Shown piece by piece: positions 21,430 through 31,104 of a stretch of 64,000 nucleotides of DNA; the first letter of the stretch is position 1, and each line of letters opens with the position of its first letter. The translations under genes were made by a program, and so were the position numbers. The notes beneath the pieces are model-generated. The model was not told the origin of the DNA. It saw only the letters and a program-made list of their open reading frames with translations, and searched no databases. Origin of the DNA: an uncultured delta proteobacterium (GTDB lineage Bacteria; Desulfobacterota; Binatia; UBA9968); NCBI GenBank assembly GCA_963755715.1, contig CAVWLW010000067.1, positions 32,001 to 96,000 on the forward strand. Reading direction: 5' to 3'.

Positions 21430-22143
21430 ATGCCGCAGATCCTGACGACCAACGCGACGATTGTTTGCCCGCATGGCGGAACGGGCAGCACGGTGCCGGC
21501 TATTCCGAAGTGGCAGATCAACGGCGGCTACGTGGCCGTCGAAGGCGACACCGGCGCGCTCAGTTGTCCGTTCGGGCTGTTTCCGTGCACCGGTTATATT
21601 CTCAGCTCCATGGGATTGAACGCCACCGAGATCGACGGGCGAAAAGTGATTCTGGTCACCGATTTCAATCAGAGCCTCACCGGTTTGCCGCTGCGCATGA
21701 CGGAGTTTCACCAGACGTTCGACGAAAGCACGCCGGCGCCGATCCCGACCGGCCAGACGGCGCCGCCGCCGAGCGAAGAAATGGCCGACCTGTCGCGGCC
21801 CGTCGTCGTACCGGCGCTGCAAAGTTTCCCGTTCAGCATCAGCACGACGCCGGTCCCGGTCGTCGTGGCATTCAATCTGACCGCCGCTCATCCTCTGCGA
21901 TGGGTGCTGACGCTGATCAACACGACGCTCAAACGCCAGCAGGATTTGACCGGCGGCGCGCCCGGCGCGACCGTCGTTCCCGCGAACGGGCAGTGGAGCA
22001 CGCCGACTCTGACGGTCACCGTGACCCTCACGCCGGCCTTTGTGGCGGCGCTGACGGTGGGCACGCACCATCTGTTTCTCACGGCGATCAGCCAACGCGG
22101 CCTTTCCGACTACGGCGAAGCGACTATCGGGGTGACGCCATGA
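21430..22143 (+). CDS. PAAR-like spike-tip protein with C-terminal extension
   Basis: N-terminal CPHGG and CPF..PC metal-site motif; lies between gpV and gp25. Confidence 0.7.
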   Translation: MPQILTTNATIVCPHGGTGSTVPAIPKWQINGGYVAVEGDTGALSCPFGLFPCTGYILSSMGLNATEIDGRKVILVTDFNQSLTGLPLRMTEFHQTFDESTPAPIPTGQTAPPPSEEMADLSRPVVVPALQSFPFSISTTPVPVVVAFNLTAAHPLRWVLTLINTTLKRQQDLTGGAPGATVVPANGQWSTPTLTVTVTLTPAFVAALTVGTHHLFLTAISQRGLSDYGEATIGVTP

Positions 22144-22553
22144 ATCAGCCGGCCGGTAATCAACGCGATTTCCTCGGCGTCGGCTGGAAATTCCCGCTGC
22201 AGGTCACGCCCGGCGGGCAGATTGCCCAGGCGCGCTATGAGCAGCGCATCGAGGAATCGATCTATCTCATTCTCAGCACCGCCAAGGGCGAGCGCGTGAT
22301 GCTGCCCGAATTCGGCTGCGGCATACACGATCTGGTTTTTGCTCCGAATAACTCCACAACCATTGCGGTCGTGGTCCAGACGGTGCGCGAAGCGCTGGTC
22401 GCTTTCGAGCCGCGCATCGACGTGCTCGACATCAGCGCGGAGAGCGCGCCGGAAGAGCCCAATCTGCTGCTGATTCGCATCAACTACCGGATTCGCGCCA
22501 ACAATGCGCGCGGTAATCTGGTTTATCCATTCTATATCGAGGAAAGCGCCTGA
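22140..22553 (+). CDS. Baseplate gp25/GPW protein (Afp9)
   Basis: DFLGVGWKFP...ILSTAKGERVMLPEFGCG...FEPRI...NLVYPFY. Confidence 0.95.
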   Translation: MNQPAGNQRDFLGVGWKFPLQVTPGGQIAQARYEQRIEESIYLILSTAKGERVMLPEFGCGIHDLVFAPNNSTTIAVVVQTVREALVAFEPRIDVLDISAESAPEEPNLLLIRINYRIRANNARGNLVYPFYIEESA

Positions 22554-22556
22554 CCT

Positions 22557-24521
22557 ATGCCGCTGGAAAATGCCGTCCCCCGGATCGACGACCGCAACTA
22601 CGATAGCCTGATCGCCGAAGTGCGCACGCGGATCGCGCGCTATACGCCGGAGTGGACCCCGGTCTGGACCGACGTCAACGACAACGATCCGGGCATCACC
22701 CTGGCGCAGGTGTTTGCGTGGCTGGCGGAGATGCTCGCCTACCGCATGAACCTGGTGCCCGAGCTCAACTACATTAAATTTCTCCAACTGATCGGCATCG
22801 AGCTCAACGCGGCGGAACCGGCGCAAGCGGAAATCACTTTTCCCGTGCAAAGCGGGTTCGCCGATCCTTACGTGATCGTGCCGGAGCGCACCCAGCTGAC
22901 GGCCGAAGCTCCGGACGGCGGACCGCCCATTACCTTTGAAACCGACCGCGCGCTGATCGCTGTGCGCGCGCAGCTCGCCGCGGTTCTGGCGTATGACGGC
23001 TACGCATACACCGCGGTGACCGCCGATAATCAGGAAGCGGTCCAGGGCTTTCAACCTTTCGGTCCGATGGCCAATGACGACAGCGCGCTGCTGCTCGGGT
23101 TCGCCGATCCGGGTCCTTTCCCGGCGCTCGAGCTCAACCTGGCGATCTCGACCTTGCCGGACAATTCGGCGCCGGCCGCGTTTAAATGCGGCCTGCCCGA
23201 TGGGCCCGGCTTCGCTTCCGCGACCTTGCGATGGGAATTCTGGAACGGCAGCGACTGGCAGAGGTTGAGCCTGCTCAAGGATGAGACCCGCGCGTTCACC
23301 CGTTCGGGTCACGTCTTTCTGAAAACGCCGAACAAGAGCCTGCAGCCGGTTGTCATCGCGCCTGAAACCAGCGCGCTCTATTGGATTCGCGCGCGCGTCG
23401 AGCGGAGTCAATACGAGCGTCCGCCGAAACTCCTGGCGATTCGCACCAACACGGTTGCCGTGCGCCAGGCTGAGACCGTCCGGGACGAGGTCCTCGGCGG
23501 CAGCAACGGCCGGCGGGATCAGGTGTTTCGCCTCGCCAGCGCGCCGGTGCTGCGCGATACCCTGCGGCTCGAAATCGACGAAGGTTCGGGTCCCGAGATA
23601 TGGACTCGAGTCGATGATTTCTTCGGTTCCGGCCCGGCGGATCTGCACTATATGTTGAACCGCACCACCGGTGAAATCCGCTTCGGCGACGGGCGCAACG
23701 GGAATATTCCGGTCGCCAACCCCGCCAACCCGGAAGGCAACATCGTCGCCCGCGAGTATCGCTTCGGCGGCGGCAAGCAGGGCAACGTTGCCGCCGGCGC
23801 GATCAAGACGCTGACGACGTCCATCGAGGGCATCGACGACAACGGCATCGCCAATCTGCTGCCCGCGGATAGCGGCCGCGACGAAGAAACGCTCGATGAA
23901 GCAAAAAAACGCGCGCCCCACGCCCTCCGCAGCCGGTCCCGCGCGGTGACGGCCGAGGATTTTGAATTGCTGGCGATGGAGGCGAGCTCGATCAAACGCG
24001 CGAAGGCGTTGCCGCTCTATCATCCGGATTTTCCCGGAGTGAAAGTCCCGGGTGTGGTGACGATCATCGTCGTGCCGGACGGCGACGGCCCATCGCCAAC
24101 GCCGAGCGAAGGCACGTTGCGCAGCGTCTGCGCCTATCTCGATCAGCGGCGGCTGCTGACGACCGAACTCTACGTCGTCAAGCCGACCTACCAGCGGGTT
24201 CAAATCCGCGCCGAGATCATCGTCAACGACGACGCCGATCTTGCGGAAGTCCAGGAAAATCTCGAACAGTCGCTGCTTGATTACTTTCATCCGCTGAAGG
24301 GAGGCGAAGACGGATTGGGTTGGCCCTTCGGCGGGACGATCTATTTCTCACGAGTCAACCAGCGTTGTTTTACGATTCCGGGAGTGCAGAGCGTGGCAAG
24401 TCTCGTGATCGTGCTCGATGGCGAAGAAATGCCGGCCTGCACCGACGTGATCATCAACGAAGCCGGGCTGCTGTTCGCCACCGAACATCAGATTCAGGTG
24501 AGCTACCGCTTCGAGTCTTGA
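22557..24521 (+). CDS. Baseplate J-like protein (Afp11)
   Basis: IDDRNY...WTDVNDNDPGITL; IRFGDGRNGNIP; RAVTAEDFE; GWPFGG. Confidence 0.95.
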   Translation: MPLENAVPRIDDRNYDSLIAEVRTRIARYTPEWTPVWTDVNDNDPGITLAQVFAWLAEMLAYRMNLVPELNYIKFLQLIGIELNAAEPAQAEITFPVQSGFADPYVIVPERTQLTAEAPDGGPPITFETDRALIAVRAQLAAVLAYDGYAYTAVTADNQEAVQGFQPFGPMANDDSALLLGFADPGPFPALELNLAISTLPDNSAPAAFKCGLPDGPGFASATLRWEFWNGSDWQRLSLLKDETRAFTRSGHVFLKTPNKSLQPVVIAPETSALYWIRARVERSQYERPPKLLAIRTNTVAVRQAETVRDEVLGGSNGRRDQVFRLASAPVLRDTLRLEIDEGSGPEIWTRVDDFFGSGPADLHYMLNRTTGEIRFGDGRNGNIPVANPANPEGNIVAREYRFGGGKQGNVAAGAIKTLTTSIEGIDDNGIANLLPADSGRDEETLDEAKKRAPHALRSRSRAVTAEDFELLAMEASSIKRAKALPLYHPDFPGVKVPGVVTIIVVPDGDGPSPTPSEGTLRSVCAYLDQRRLLTTELYVVKPTYQRVQIRAEIIVNDDADLAEVQENLEQSLLDYFHPLKGGEDGLGWPFGGTIYFSRVNQRCFTIPGVQSVASLVIVLDGEEMPACTDVIINEAGLLFATEHQIQVSYRFES

Positions 24522-24526
24522 ATGCC

Positions 24527-26761
24527 ATGATGACTCTCGAACAATTGCCGCCGATTCCACGCCCGCCAAACGATCCGACGTCGTGGCTCCTCAACTGGCG
24601 CGTCGGTTGGCGTGCCGCCGAACTGCAACACCTGTCCGCGGAGCGATCGCTGGTGCTGGCTCCGGCGCCGGACACACAGCGTTCGCTGACAGAACCAAGC
24701 GGCAGCTTTGGCGGACTCAAGCCGCCGGGTAACGTCGCGTTAGGCCCCGACGGCAGTATCTATCTGCTCGATGCGGCCACCGCGCAGTTGAAACGCTTCG
24801 ATCCCTGCGAATGCCGCTTCCAGCCGGTTCCCTGTCTGGGCGGCAGCGGCAGCGGGCCGCGGCAGTTGAAAAATCCCCATGGCGTCGCGATCTGCGCCGG
24901 CAATCTGTTTGTGTGCGATACCGGCAATCATCGCTTGAGCGTGTTTGCTTTGCATGGATTCGTGCTGCGGGGATTCTGGCAGCCGCCGCCCGCCGCTTAC
25001 AAAGGACCCAGTCCACATCTGGCAAATCCATGGGAACCGTTCGATCTCACTTTCGACCGGTTCGGGCGAGCGTACGTTACCGATGGGGCGAACGGCTGTA
25101 TTCATCGTTTCACTCCGGCGGGGCAGTGGCAAAAATGTTTCCCGGGTTTCGGACCAGCGACCTGGATCGCCACGGACTGCCGCGACCGTACTTACGTCGT
25201 TGTCGCCGGCACGCCTGCAACCGTTGTGAAAGTCGATGGTGACGGCAACGGCGTCGAGACCGGGCCGGCGGAGCCGGTGCCGGCATTTCCGGGTATGCCT
25301 TTTTCAGTGGATGCCGACGGCTTGCTCCATCTCGGCCCGTTATGCGCCGCCGTTTCGGCAACGAATTGTATAGGCGCGCAACCGGCGCCAAAGTGCCCGC
25401 CCGGTCAAAGCCCGGAGCGCGGTGTTTTCGACCGGCGCGGCAATCCGGTGGACTGTTTTGTCAGCAAGCCCGCGAGCTACGTGACCCAGGCGACCTATGT
25501 CAGCGCCGCGCTCGACAGCGAGCTCTATCGATGCCAATGGCACCGCATCATTTTGCGCGGCGAGATCCCCGCCGGCGCCCGCGTGGTGGTTTCAAGCTAC
25601 ACGGCGGAAGCGGAGTTGGCCGACGACGACATCCAGAATCTGGGCGACGTCTGGCAAACCAACCAGACGGCGACTGAAATGGTCGGCGGCGAGTGGGACT
25701 GCCTGGTGCGCAGCGGCGGCGGCCGTTTTCTCTGGCTGCGACTCGAATTTCGCGGCAACGGCAAGGTGACGCCCCGCCTCGACAGCATCGAGATCGAATT
25801 TCCGCGCATTAGTTTGCGGCGCTACCTGCCGGCGGTGTTCGGCAAAGAAGCCGTCAGCGCCGACTTCACGGATCGTTTTCTGAGCCTCTTCGATACCACT
25901 TTTCGCTCCATTGAAACCAAACTGGATCGTGAAGCGCGGTATTTCGATCCGCTTTCGGCGCCCGCGGAACGCGACCCGAAAACCGGCGCGGATTTTCTCT
26001 CCTGGCTGGCATCGTGGATTGGTCTCATTCTCGACCGGCACTGGCCCGAGGCCAAACGCAGAAAGTTTTTCAAGCACGCCGGGCGCTTGTATGCACTGCG
26101 CGGCACGCGCCGGGGCTTGTGGCGCGAGCTGCTGCTGTTTCTCGACATGGACGGCGACCTGTGTTGCCGGACCGACCAGCCGCCTGATCGTTGCCAGCCG
26201 CGGCCCGCGAACTGCGCGCCGCCGAAACCGGCCGCATGCGGGTGGTGTCCGCCGCCGCTGATTCTCGAGCACTTCAAGTTGCGCCGCTGGCTCTTTCTCG
26301 GCGCCGGCCGCCTCGGCGATCAGGCGGTGCTGTGGGGCAAACGGATCGTCAACCGCAGCCAGCTGGACGATACCGCCCGGGCGGATCGCACCCGATTGCT
26401 GACGGCGCAGGATCCGCTGCGCGACCCGTTTCATGTGTATGCTTACAAATTCAGCGTCTTTGTTCCGGCGTCTTTCCGCGCATCGGATACCGACCGCAAG
26501 GCGCTGGAAAATATTCTACGCAACGGCCGGCCGGCGGGGACCCTGGCGCAGCTCGAATACGTCGAGCCGCGCTTTCGCATCGGCTTTCAATCGATGATCG
26601 GTTTTGACAGCGTCGTCGGCCGTTATCCGGTCGGGGTAACTTTGAACGATATGCAGCTCGGCCGCGCCACGGTGTTGACGGCGCCGCCGCACAAACAGGG
26701 CGGACCGTCTCTGGCAATCGGCGAACAGTCACGCATCGGCACGACAACGCGATTGGAATAG
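24527..26761 (+). CDS. Baseplate wedge / phage tail protein I domain with N-terminal NHL-repeat propeller
   Basis: NHL-like PHGVAI...VCDTGNHR and PFDLTFD...YVTDGAN; tail-I domain YLPAVF...FLSLFD...FLSWLASWIG...RGTRRGL. Confidence 0.85.
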   Translation: MMTLEQLPPIPRPPNDPTSWLLNWRVGWRAAELQHLSAERSLVLAPAPDTQRSLTEPSGSFGGLKPPGNVALGPDGSIYLLDAATAQLKRFDPCECRFQPVPCLGGSGSGPRQLKNPHGVAICAGNLFVCDTGNHRLSVFALHGFVLRGFWQPPPAAYKGPSPHLANPWEPFDLTFDRFGRAYVTDGANGCIHRFTPAGQWQKCFPGFGPATWIATDCRDRTYVVVAGTPATVVKVDGDGNGVETGPAEPVPAFPGMPFSVDADGLLHLGPLCAAVSATNCIGAQPAPKCPPGQSPERGVFDRRGNPVDCFVSKPASYVTQATYVSAALDSELYRCQWHRIILRGEIPAGARVVVSSYTAEAELADDDIQNLGDVWQTNQTATEMVGGEWDCLVRSGGGRFLWLRLEFRGNGKVTPRLDSIEIEFPRISLRRYLPAVFGKEAVSADFTDRFLSLFDTTFRSIETKLDREARYFDPLSAPAERDPKTGADFLSWLASWIGLILDRHWPEAKRRKFFKHAGRLYALRGTRRGLWRELLLFLDMDGDLCCRTDQPPDRCQPRPANCAPPKPAACGWCPPPLILEHFKLRRWLFLGAGRLGDQAVLWGKRIVNRSQLDDTARADRTRLLTAQDPLRDPFHVYAYKFSVFVPASFRASDTDRKALENILRNGRPAGTLAQLEYVEPRFRIGFQSMIGFDSVVGRYPVGVTLNDMQLGRATVLTAPPHKQGGPSLAIGEQSRIGTTTRLE

Positions 26762-26808
26762 AGGTGACGATCCGCGAGATCAGCGCAGCGTTCCACTAGG
26801 AGAGAATC

Positions 26809-29322
26809 ATGGTTCATTCACACAATGGTAATGTCCACCAGCTTGCTTGCCCGGCCTGCGACTACGGGCCATTCACGCGCAACAATTATTTCACCGGCAA
26901 GCTCCTGGTCGAGCGGGATTTCACCGATGAAACCCGTTTCCACATGGAAAAGCTGCGCCACCACGAGCAGCTGCTGCACGGCTCGGGCGTGGTCTGCGGT
27001 CTGAAAGTCAAGCCGCATCCGAACGAAGCCTGCCGCGACCGCTTTGTCTGCGTGGAGCCCGGATCGGCGGTCGATTGCTGCGGCCATGACATCATCGTCG
27101 CCGAAGAAGAGTGCGTCGACATTACGCGCTTTGCGGAAATCAAAGCGCTGCAGAGCAACAACGACAAGGACTCGCATAGGTTGCAGATCTGCGTGCGCTT
27201 TCGCGAATGCCCGACTGAAGATATTCCGGTGCTCTACGACGATTGCGGCTGTGACGATACCAAGTGCGCGCCCAATCGTATTCTCGAGTCTTACGAAATC
27301 GGCGTCATGATCGATCCGCCGGACCAGCCGGACTCCTTGCACACGCCGAAATTTAGCTGGGAGAACTCCATCGCCGTGGCCCACGCGGCTGCGGCTGTGC
27401 TGCACGATGCGTCGCATCGACTGTATGTTCTGACCGCGGACGATCCCGCCACCGTCTATCAGATCAGTAGCGATAATCACGCGACGATCACCTCGCGGAC
27501 CTTGCCGGCGAAGGTTCTTGCGCAGGCGGTTTCGAATGACGGCAAGCATCTCTACGTCGTCGTCGAGCCCACCACGCCGGCGACGCTGCGCCAGCTGCAC
27601 GTGCTCGATACGACCCAGCCGGGCATGCCCGACTTTAATACGAATCCGCTCGACCTGCCCAATAGTACGGGCAGCGCCGTGGCGTTGGCCGTCGCGCCGA
27701 ACGCGCGGTTGCTCGCGCTGGTGGCATCCAGCGGCGATGTTCTGCGCTGGCCTGCCGACCTCGACACGAACCCAGCTCCGGCTGCTCCGGACATCGTCAA
27801 GAATCTCGGCGCGGGCGTGGCCGGATTGACGCTGAGCAGCGACGGCAAGCTGGCTTTCGTGCTCGGACCGGGAAATCAGATTCAGGCGCTCGATCTGGCC
27901 GCCGCCACGGTGACTCCCATAACCGTGCTGCCTGCCGCGGCGAAGCCTTCGTCCATGGCGCTGGTCAGCAGCACCGCGCCGGACATGCTCGCCGTGGCCG
28001 ATCAAACCAATATGTTTGTTCACCTCGTTCAGCTGCCGCCGTCGGCGACGTTGATAGGCAGCGTCAAACTCGATCATCCGCCGGTCGGGCTCGTCGCCGC
28101 TGCAGGAGGACACTGGGCCTACATCCTCGAAAGGGATACCGACAGCTTTATTCAATCGGTCAGCCTTGATGCGCTGGTGCAGCATCTCGCGGCGACACCG
28201 GGTGCAGCGTTCAAGATCGGCGACGACAGCCGGCAGATCGTCATGACCGCATCGGGCAAGCGTCTCTACATTCCGTACGTCGATGATATCGCCCAGCCTG
28301 CCGCCGGCGGCGTCGCGATCGTGGAAGTTACCGAAGGATCATGCGCGGAAATTCTCTGGCGTCATCTCGACGGCTGCCCGCATTGCGACCTGCCGGATTG
28401 CGTGGTGCTGGCGACCATTGAGAACTATCACCTCGGTGATCGTATTGAAGAACAAACCGATCCGCCCGCCGATCCGGCACAGGATGCCCAAGACAAAATC
28501 GCCCGCATCGACAATCGCAAGGGAAGACGGCTGCTGCCGAGCACGGAAGTTTTGACCGAGCTGGTGGAGTGTCTGCTCGAACACGGGGTCGGCGGAGCCG
28601 GGACTCAGGGTCTTCCCGGCACGCCGGGCGCGAAGGGTGACAAAGGCGACAAGGGCGACAAAGGAGACAGCGTCACCGGGCCAGCCGGCGCCAAGGGAGA
28701 TCCGGGGCCGGGGTTAGAGGAAGGGCTCACGAGAATCGAAGCGTTGAGCTGGACTCACAACATCGAACAGGTGGCCGCGCCGGGCACGGTAAATTCCTTC
28801 GCCGTGGAAGTGACGATGGTAACCGGCGCGAAGATTCCCGGACTGGTTATCGGCTTCACCGCCGACGTTCAGGTCAGCAAGTTTATCGATGCCGATCATG
28901 TGTTCCAGGTTCTCGTCGATCACACCAACGCGGAGGATGCGCGGCGCGGTTTGGCCTGCCGCTGCGCGATTCGCGGCCGCACGATTCCGGTGAAGCTGAA
29001 GCTCGACGGGCAAGGCAAAATCGTCGTGAATGCCGCCGGCCATATCGATACCGCTTCGGAGTTGCCGGCCGGCGACGCGCGCGGCGTCGCTTTTCTGCTG
29101 GATAACGAAAATTTCCCGATCGCCGGCGAAATTCTCAACGGCAAGGTCAATGACCTGTGGATCCTCCTGCGCGGCGATTTCGTGCTCGACAGCAAGGGCA
29201 AGGCCGTCGATGCCGAATTCGCCCGCGCAGAGTTGCCGACCGGCGATCACCCCAATGGCAGCGTGTTCGGGGTTCAAGGCGGACTGTTCGAAAGCTGGTT
29301 CACGGTCAAAGCGCAGGGCTAG
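26809..29322 (+). CDS. eCIS fibre/baseplate-associated protein with beta-propeller and collagen repeat
   Basis: N-terminus RNNYFTGKLL...LHGSGVVCGL; propeller-like blades; GTQGLPGTPGAKGDKGDKGDKGD. Confidence 0.75.
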   Translation: MVHSHNGNVHQLACPACDYGPFTRNNYFTGKLLVERDFTDETRFHMEKLRHHEQLLHGSGVVCGLKVKPHPNEACRDRFVCVEPGSAVDCCGHDIIVAEEECVDITRFAEIKALQSNNDKDSHRLQICVRFRECPTEDIPVLYDDCGCDDTKCAPNRILESYEIGVMIDPPDQPDSLHTPKFSWENSIAVAHAAAAVLHDASHRLYVLTADDPATVYQISSDNHATITSRTLPAKVLAQAVSNDGKHLYVVVEPTTPATLRQLHVLDTTQPGMPDFNTNPLDLPNSTGSAVALAVAPNARLLALVASSGDVLRWPADLDTNPAPAAPDIVKNLGAGVAGLTLSSDGKLAFVLGPGNQIQALDLAAATVTPITVLPAAAKPSSMALVSSTAPDMLAVADQTNMFVHLVQLPPSATLIGSVKLDHPPVGLVAAAGGHWAYILERDTDSFIQSVSLDALVQHLAATPGAAFKIGDDSRQIVMTASGKRLYIPYVDDIAQPAAGGVAIVEVTEGSCAEILWRHLDGCPHCDLPDCVVLATIENYHLGDRIEEQTDPPADPAQDAQDKIARIDNRKGRRLLPSTEVLTELVECLLEHGVGGAGTQGLPGTPGAKGDKGDKGDKGDSVTGPAGAKGDPGPGLEEGLTRIEALSWTHNIEQVAAPGTVNSFAVEVTMVTGAKIPGLVIGFTADVQVSKFIDADHVFQVLVDHTNAEDARRGLACRCAIRGRTIPVKLKLDGQGKIVVNAAGHIDTASELPAGDARGVAFLLDNENFPIAGEILNGKVNDLWILLRGDFVLDSKGKAVDAEFARAELPTGDHPNGSVFGVQGGLFESWFTVKAQG
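28600..28715 (+). repeat. Collagen-like Gly-X-Y repeat, including GDK x3
   Basis: ggtgacaaaggcgacaagggcgacaaaggagac within the 26809 ORF. Confidence 0.85.
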
Positions 29323-29393
29323 CGCCGGGAACTCAACGGCAAGACGTTTAGGAAGAGAATGGATTTCAGCGCACACAAGACTAGGAGTAAACC

Positions 29394-31091
29394 ATGGCAC
29401 AAACTTTAATGACGGCGCCGGCAACTTCACGAATGAAAACATTGCAGCCGGTTTGCCCGGCTTGCGGAGGACTCGAATGCTTGTGCCGGCCGCGATTCTT
29501 CGCCGGCCAACTGTTGACCGAAGAGGATCTCAACCGCCTCGATCACTACATCGTCGAGAAAAACAAACTGCACAACCGCTACCTGCACGGTTGGGGCGTC
29601 GTCTGCGGCCTGGAAGTTTTTTGCCATCCCTGCGAAGGGCAGGTCACCGTCACGTCCGGCTATGCTCTGAGCCCGTGCGGCGATGACATCGTTTTGTGCG
29701 CCGACGATGTCGTCAACGTGTGCGATCTTATCCAGCGCTGCCGCGAGCGGGAGCGGCTGGATTGCGAACCGCCGCGCCCCGCCGCAAGCGCGGAATGCCA
29801 GGATGTCACGGAACAGTGGGTGTTGACGGTTTGCTTCACGGAAAAGGCCTCGCGCGGCGTGACGGCGTTGCGCGGCAGCAGCGAGGCTGCGTGCTGCTCG
29901 AGCTGCAGTTGCGGCGGCTCCGCCAGTTGCGGCTGCGGCTGTCAGGAAAGCGGCATCAGCCGAAAGCAGCCGGCTCCGCCGGCTCGGTCTGCGCGTTCGC
30001 TTTCGACCGATGCACGATCCGGCCGTGACCTCTGCGAGCCGACGGTCACCTGCGAAAGCCACTATTTCTCGCTCTACAAAGCATCGGCTGCCGATCCGAA
30101 ACCGGGAGAGGCGCTCGGCGCGATGATTCAGCGCTTCGAGGCCTGTATGAAAGGTTTGTTCGATGCCGTGCCGCCGCTGCCGACGAGCATCGAGCAAGCG
30201 CAGGCATGGTGCTGTCAGCTGAAGCAGAACTTCATCGACTTCTTAACCGATCACCCGATCCACGACTGCCTCGCCTTGCAGAAACTTGCGCAGTTCGTTT
30301 GTCCCGCGCCGAGTCAGAATCAGACGCCGGAACAATATTGGACCGCAGTGCTCACGCAGATAGCGCCGATTCTCGCCGAATATATTCGTTCGTGCGCGTG
30401 TTCGGCCCTGTTGCCTCCCTGCCCCGATCCGGCCGCCAGCAATTGCGTGCCGCTGGCAACGATTACGATTCGCAAGCGCGACTGCAAAATCATGCGGGTG
30501 TGCAACTGGAGCGTGCGCAAGTTCGTGACCACCTTTCCCAATCTGCAGTATTGGCTCTCCTTCCTGCCGTTCGTGCGCAGCCTGCGGCAGGCCATCGAGA
30601 TCGGTTGCTGCCGGCCGTTTCCGTCGCTTGGCAGCGCCGGCCTCTCGGCGGGAACGCGATCGGATAGACGCTTTACCGCTTTCAGGAGAGCGGCGACGGC
30701 AATCAATCCAGAGCAGGAATTTTCCCGAGTGCTGTTGGACGCAATCGGGAATCGCGACCGCACGATCGACGCGCAAACGCTCTTTCTCGGCGCGATGGAG
30801 TTTCAGGATGACAAAAATCGGCCGCTGATGACCGACGCCGAGCTGCGCAATCCGCTGCAGTTTTTACTCATCAATCAGCTCGCGCCGCCGCTGGTGAGAA
30901 ATGCCGTCCCCGACGAAGACGCCGAGCCATTGCAGACGCTGTTGGCGACGATCTCGCGCGTCCTGGGTTCGTCACAAGCCCCCACCGGCGAAGCGCAGAC
31001 GCTCACCAGCCAGGTCGAGGAGCTAAAGCGCATGGTCGAGGATCAGCAGGCTCGCATCAGCGAGTTGCAGCAGCGCTTAGGCAACCGGTAA
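29394..31091 (+). CDS. Cys-rich eCIS protein, N-terminus paralogous to 26809
   Basis: RPRFFAGQLLTEEDL...LHGWGVVCGL; about 36 Cys; C-terminal coiled coil. Confidence 0.75.
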   Translation: MAQTLMTAPATSRMKTLQPVCPACGGLECLCRPRFFAGQLLTEEDLNRLDHYIVEKNKLHNRYLHGWGVVCGLEVFCHPCEGQVTVTSGYALSPCGDDIVLCADDVVNVCDLIQRCRERERLDCEPPRPAASAECQDVTEQWVLTVCFTEKASRGVTALRGSSEAACCSSCSCGGSASCGCGCQESGISRKQPAPPARSARSLSTDARSGRDLCEPTVTCESHYFSLYKASAADPKPGEALGAMIQRFEACMKGLFDAVPPLPTSIEQAQAWCCQLKQNFIDFLTDHPIHDCLALQKLAQFVCPAPSQNQTPEQYWTAVLTQIAPILAEYIRSCACSALLPPCPDPAASNCVPLATITIRKRDCKIMRVCNWSVRKFVTTFPNLQYWLSFLPFVRSLRQAIEIGCCRPFPSLGSAGLSAGTRSDRRFTAFRRAATAINPEQEFSRVLLDAIGNRDRTIDAQTLFLGAMEFQDDKNRPLMTDAELRNPLQFLLINQLAPPLVRNAVPDEDAEPLQTLLATISRVLGSSQAPTGEAQTLTSQVEELKRMVEDQQARISELQQRLGNR

Positions 31092-31104
31092 ACGGAGGAT
31101 CACC

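Noticed and set aside
22110-24290. Long antisense ORFs (726 aa here; also 12473-13873, 26818-28185, 51154-52263)
   Set aside because: Shadows of GC-rich sense genes, with no recognisable motifs.
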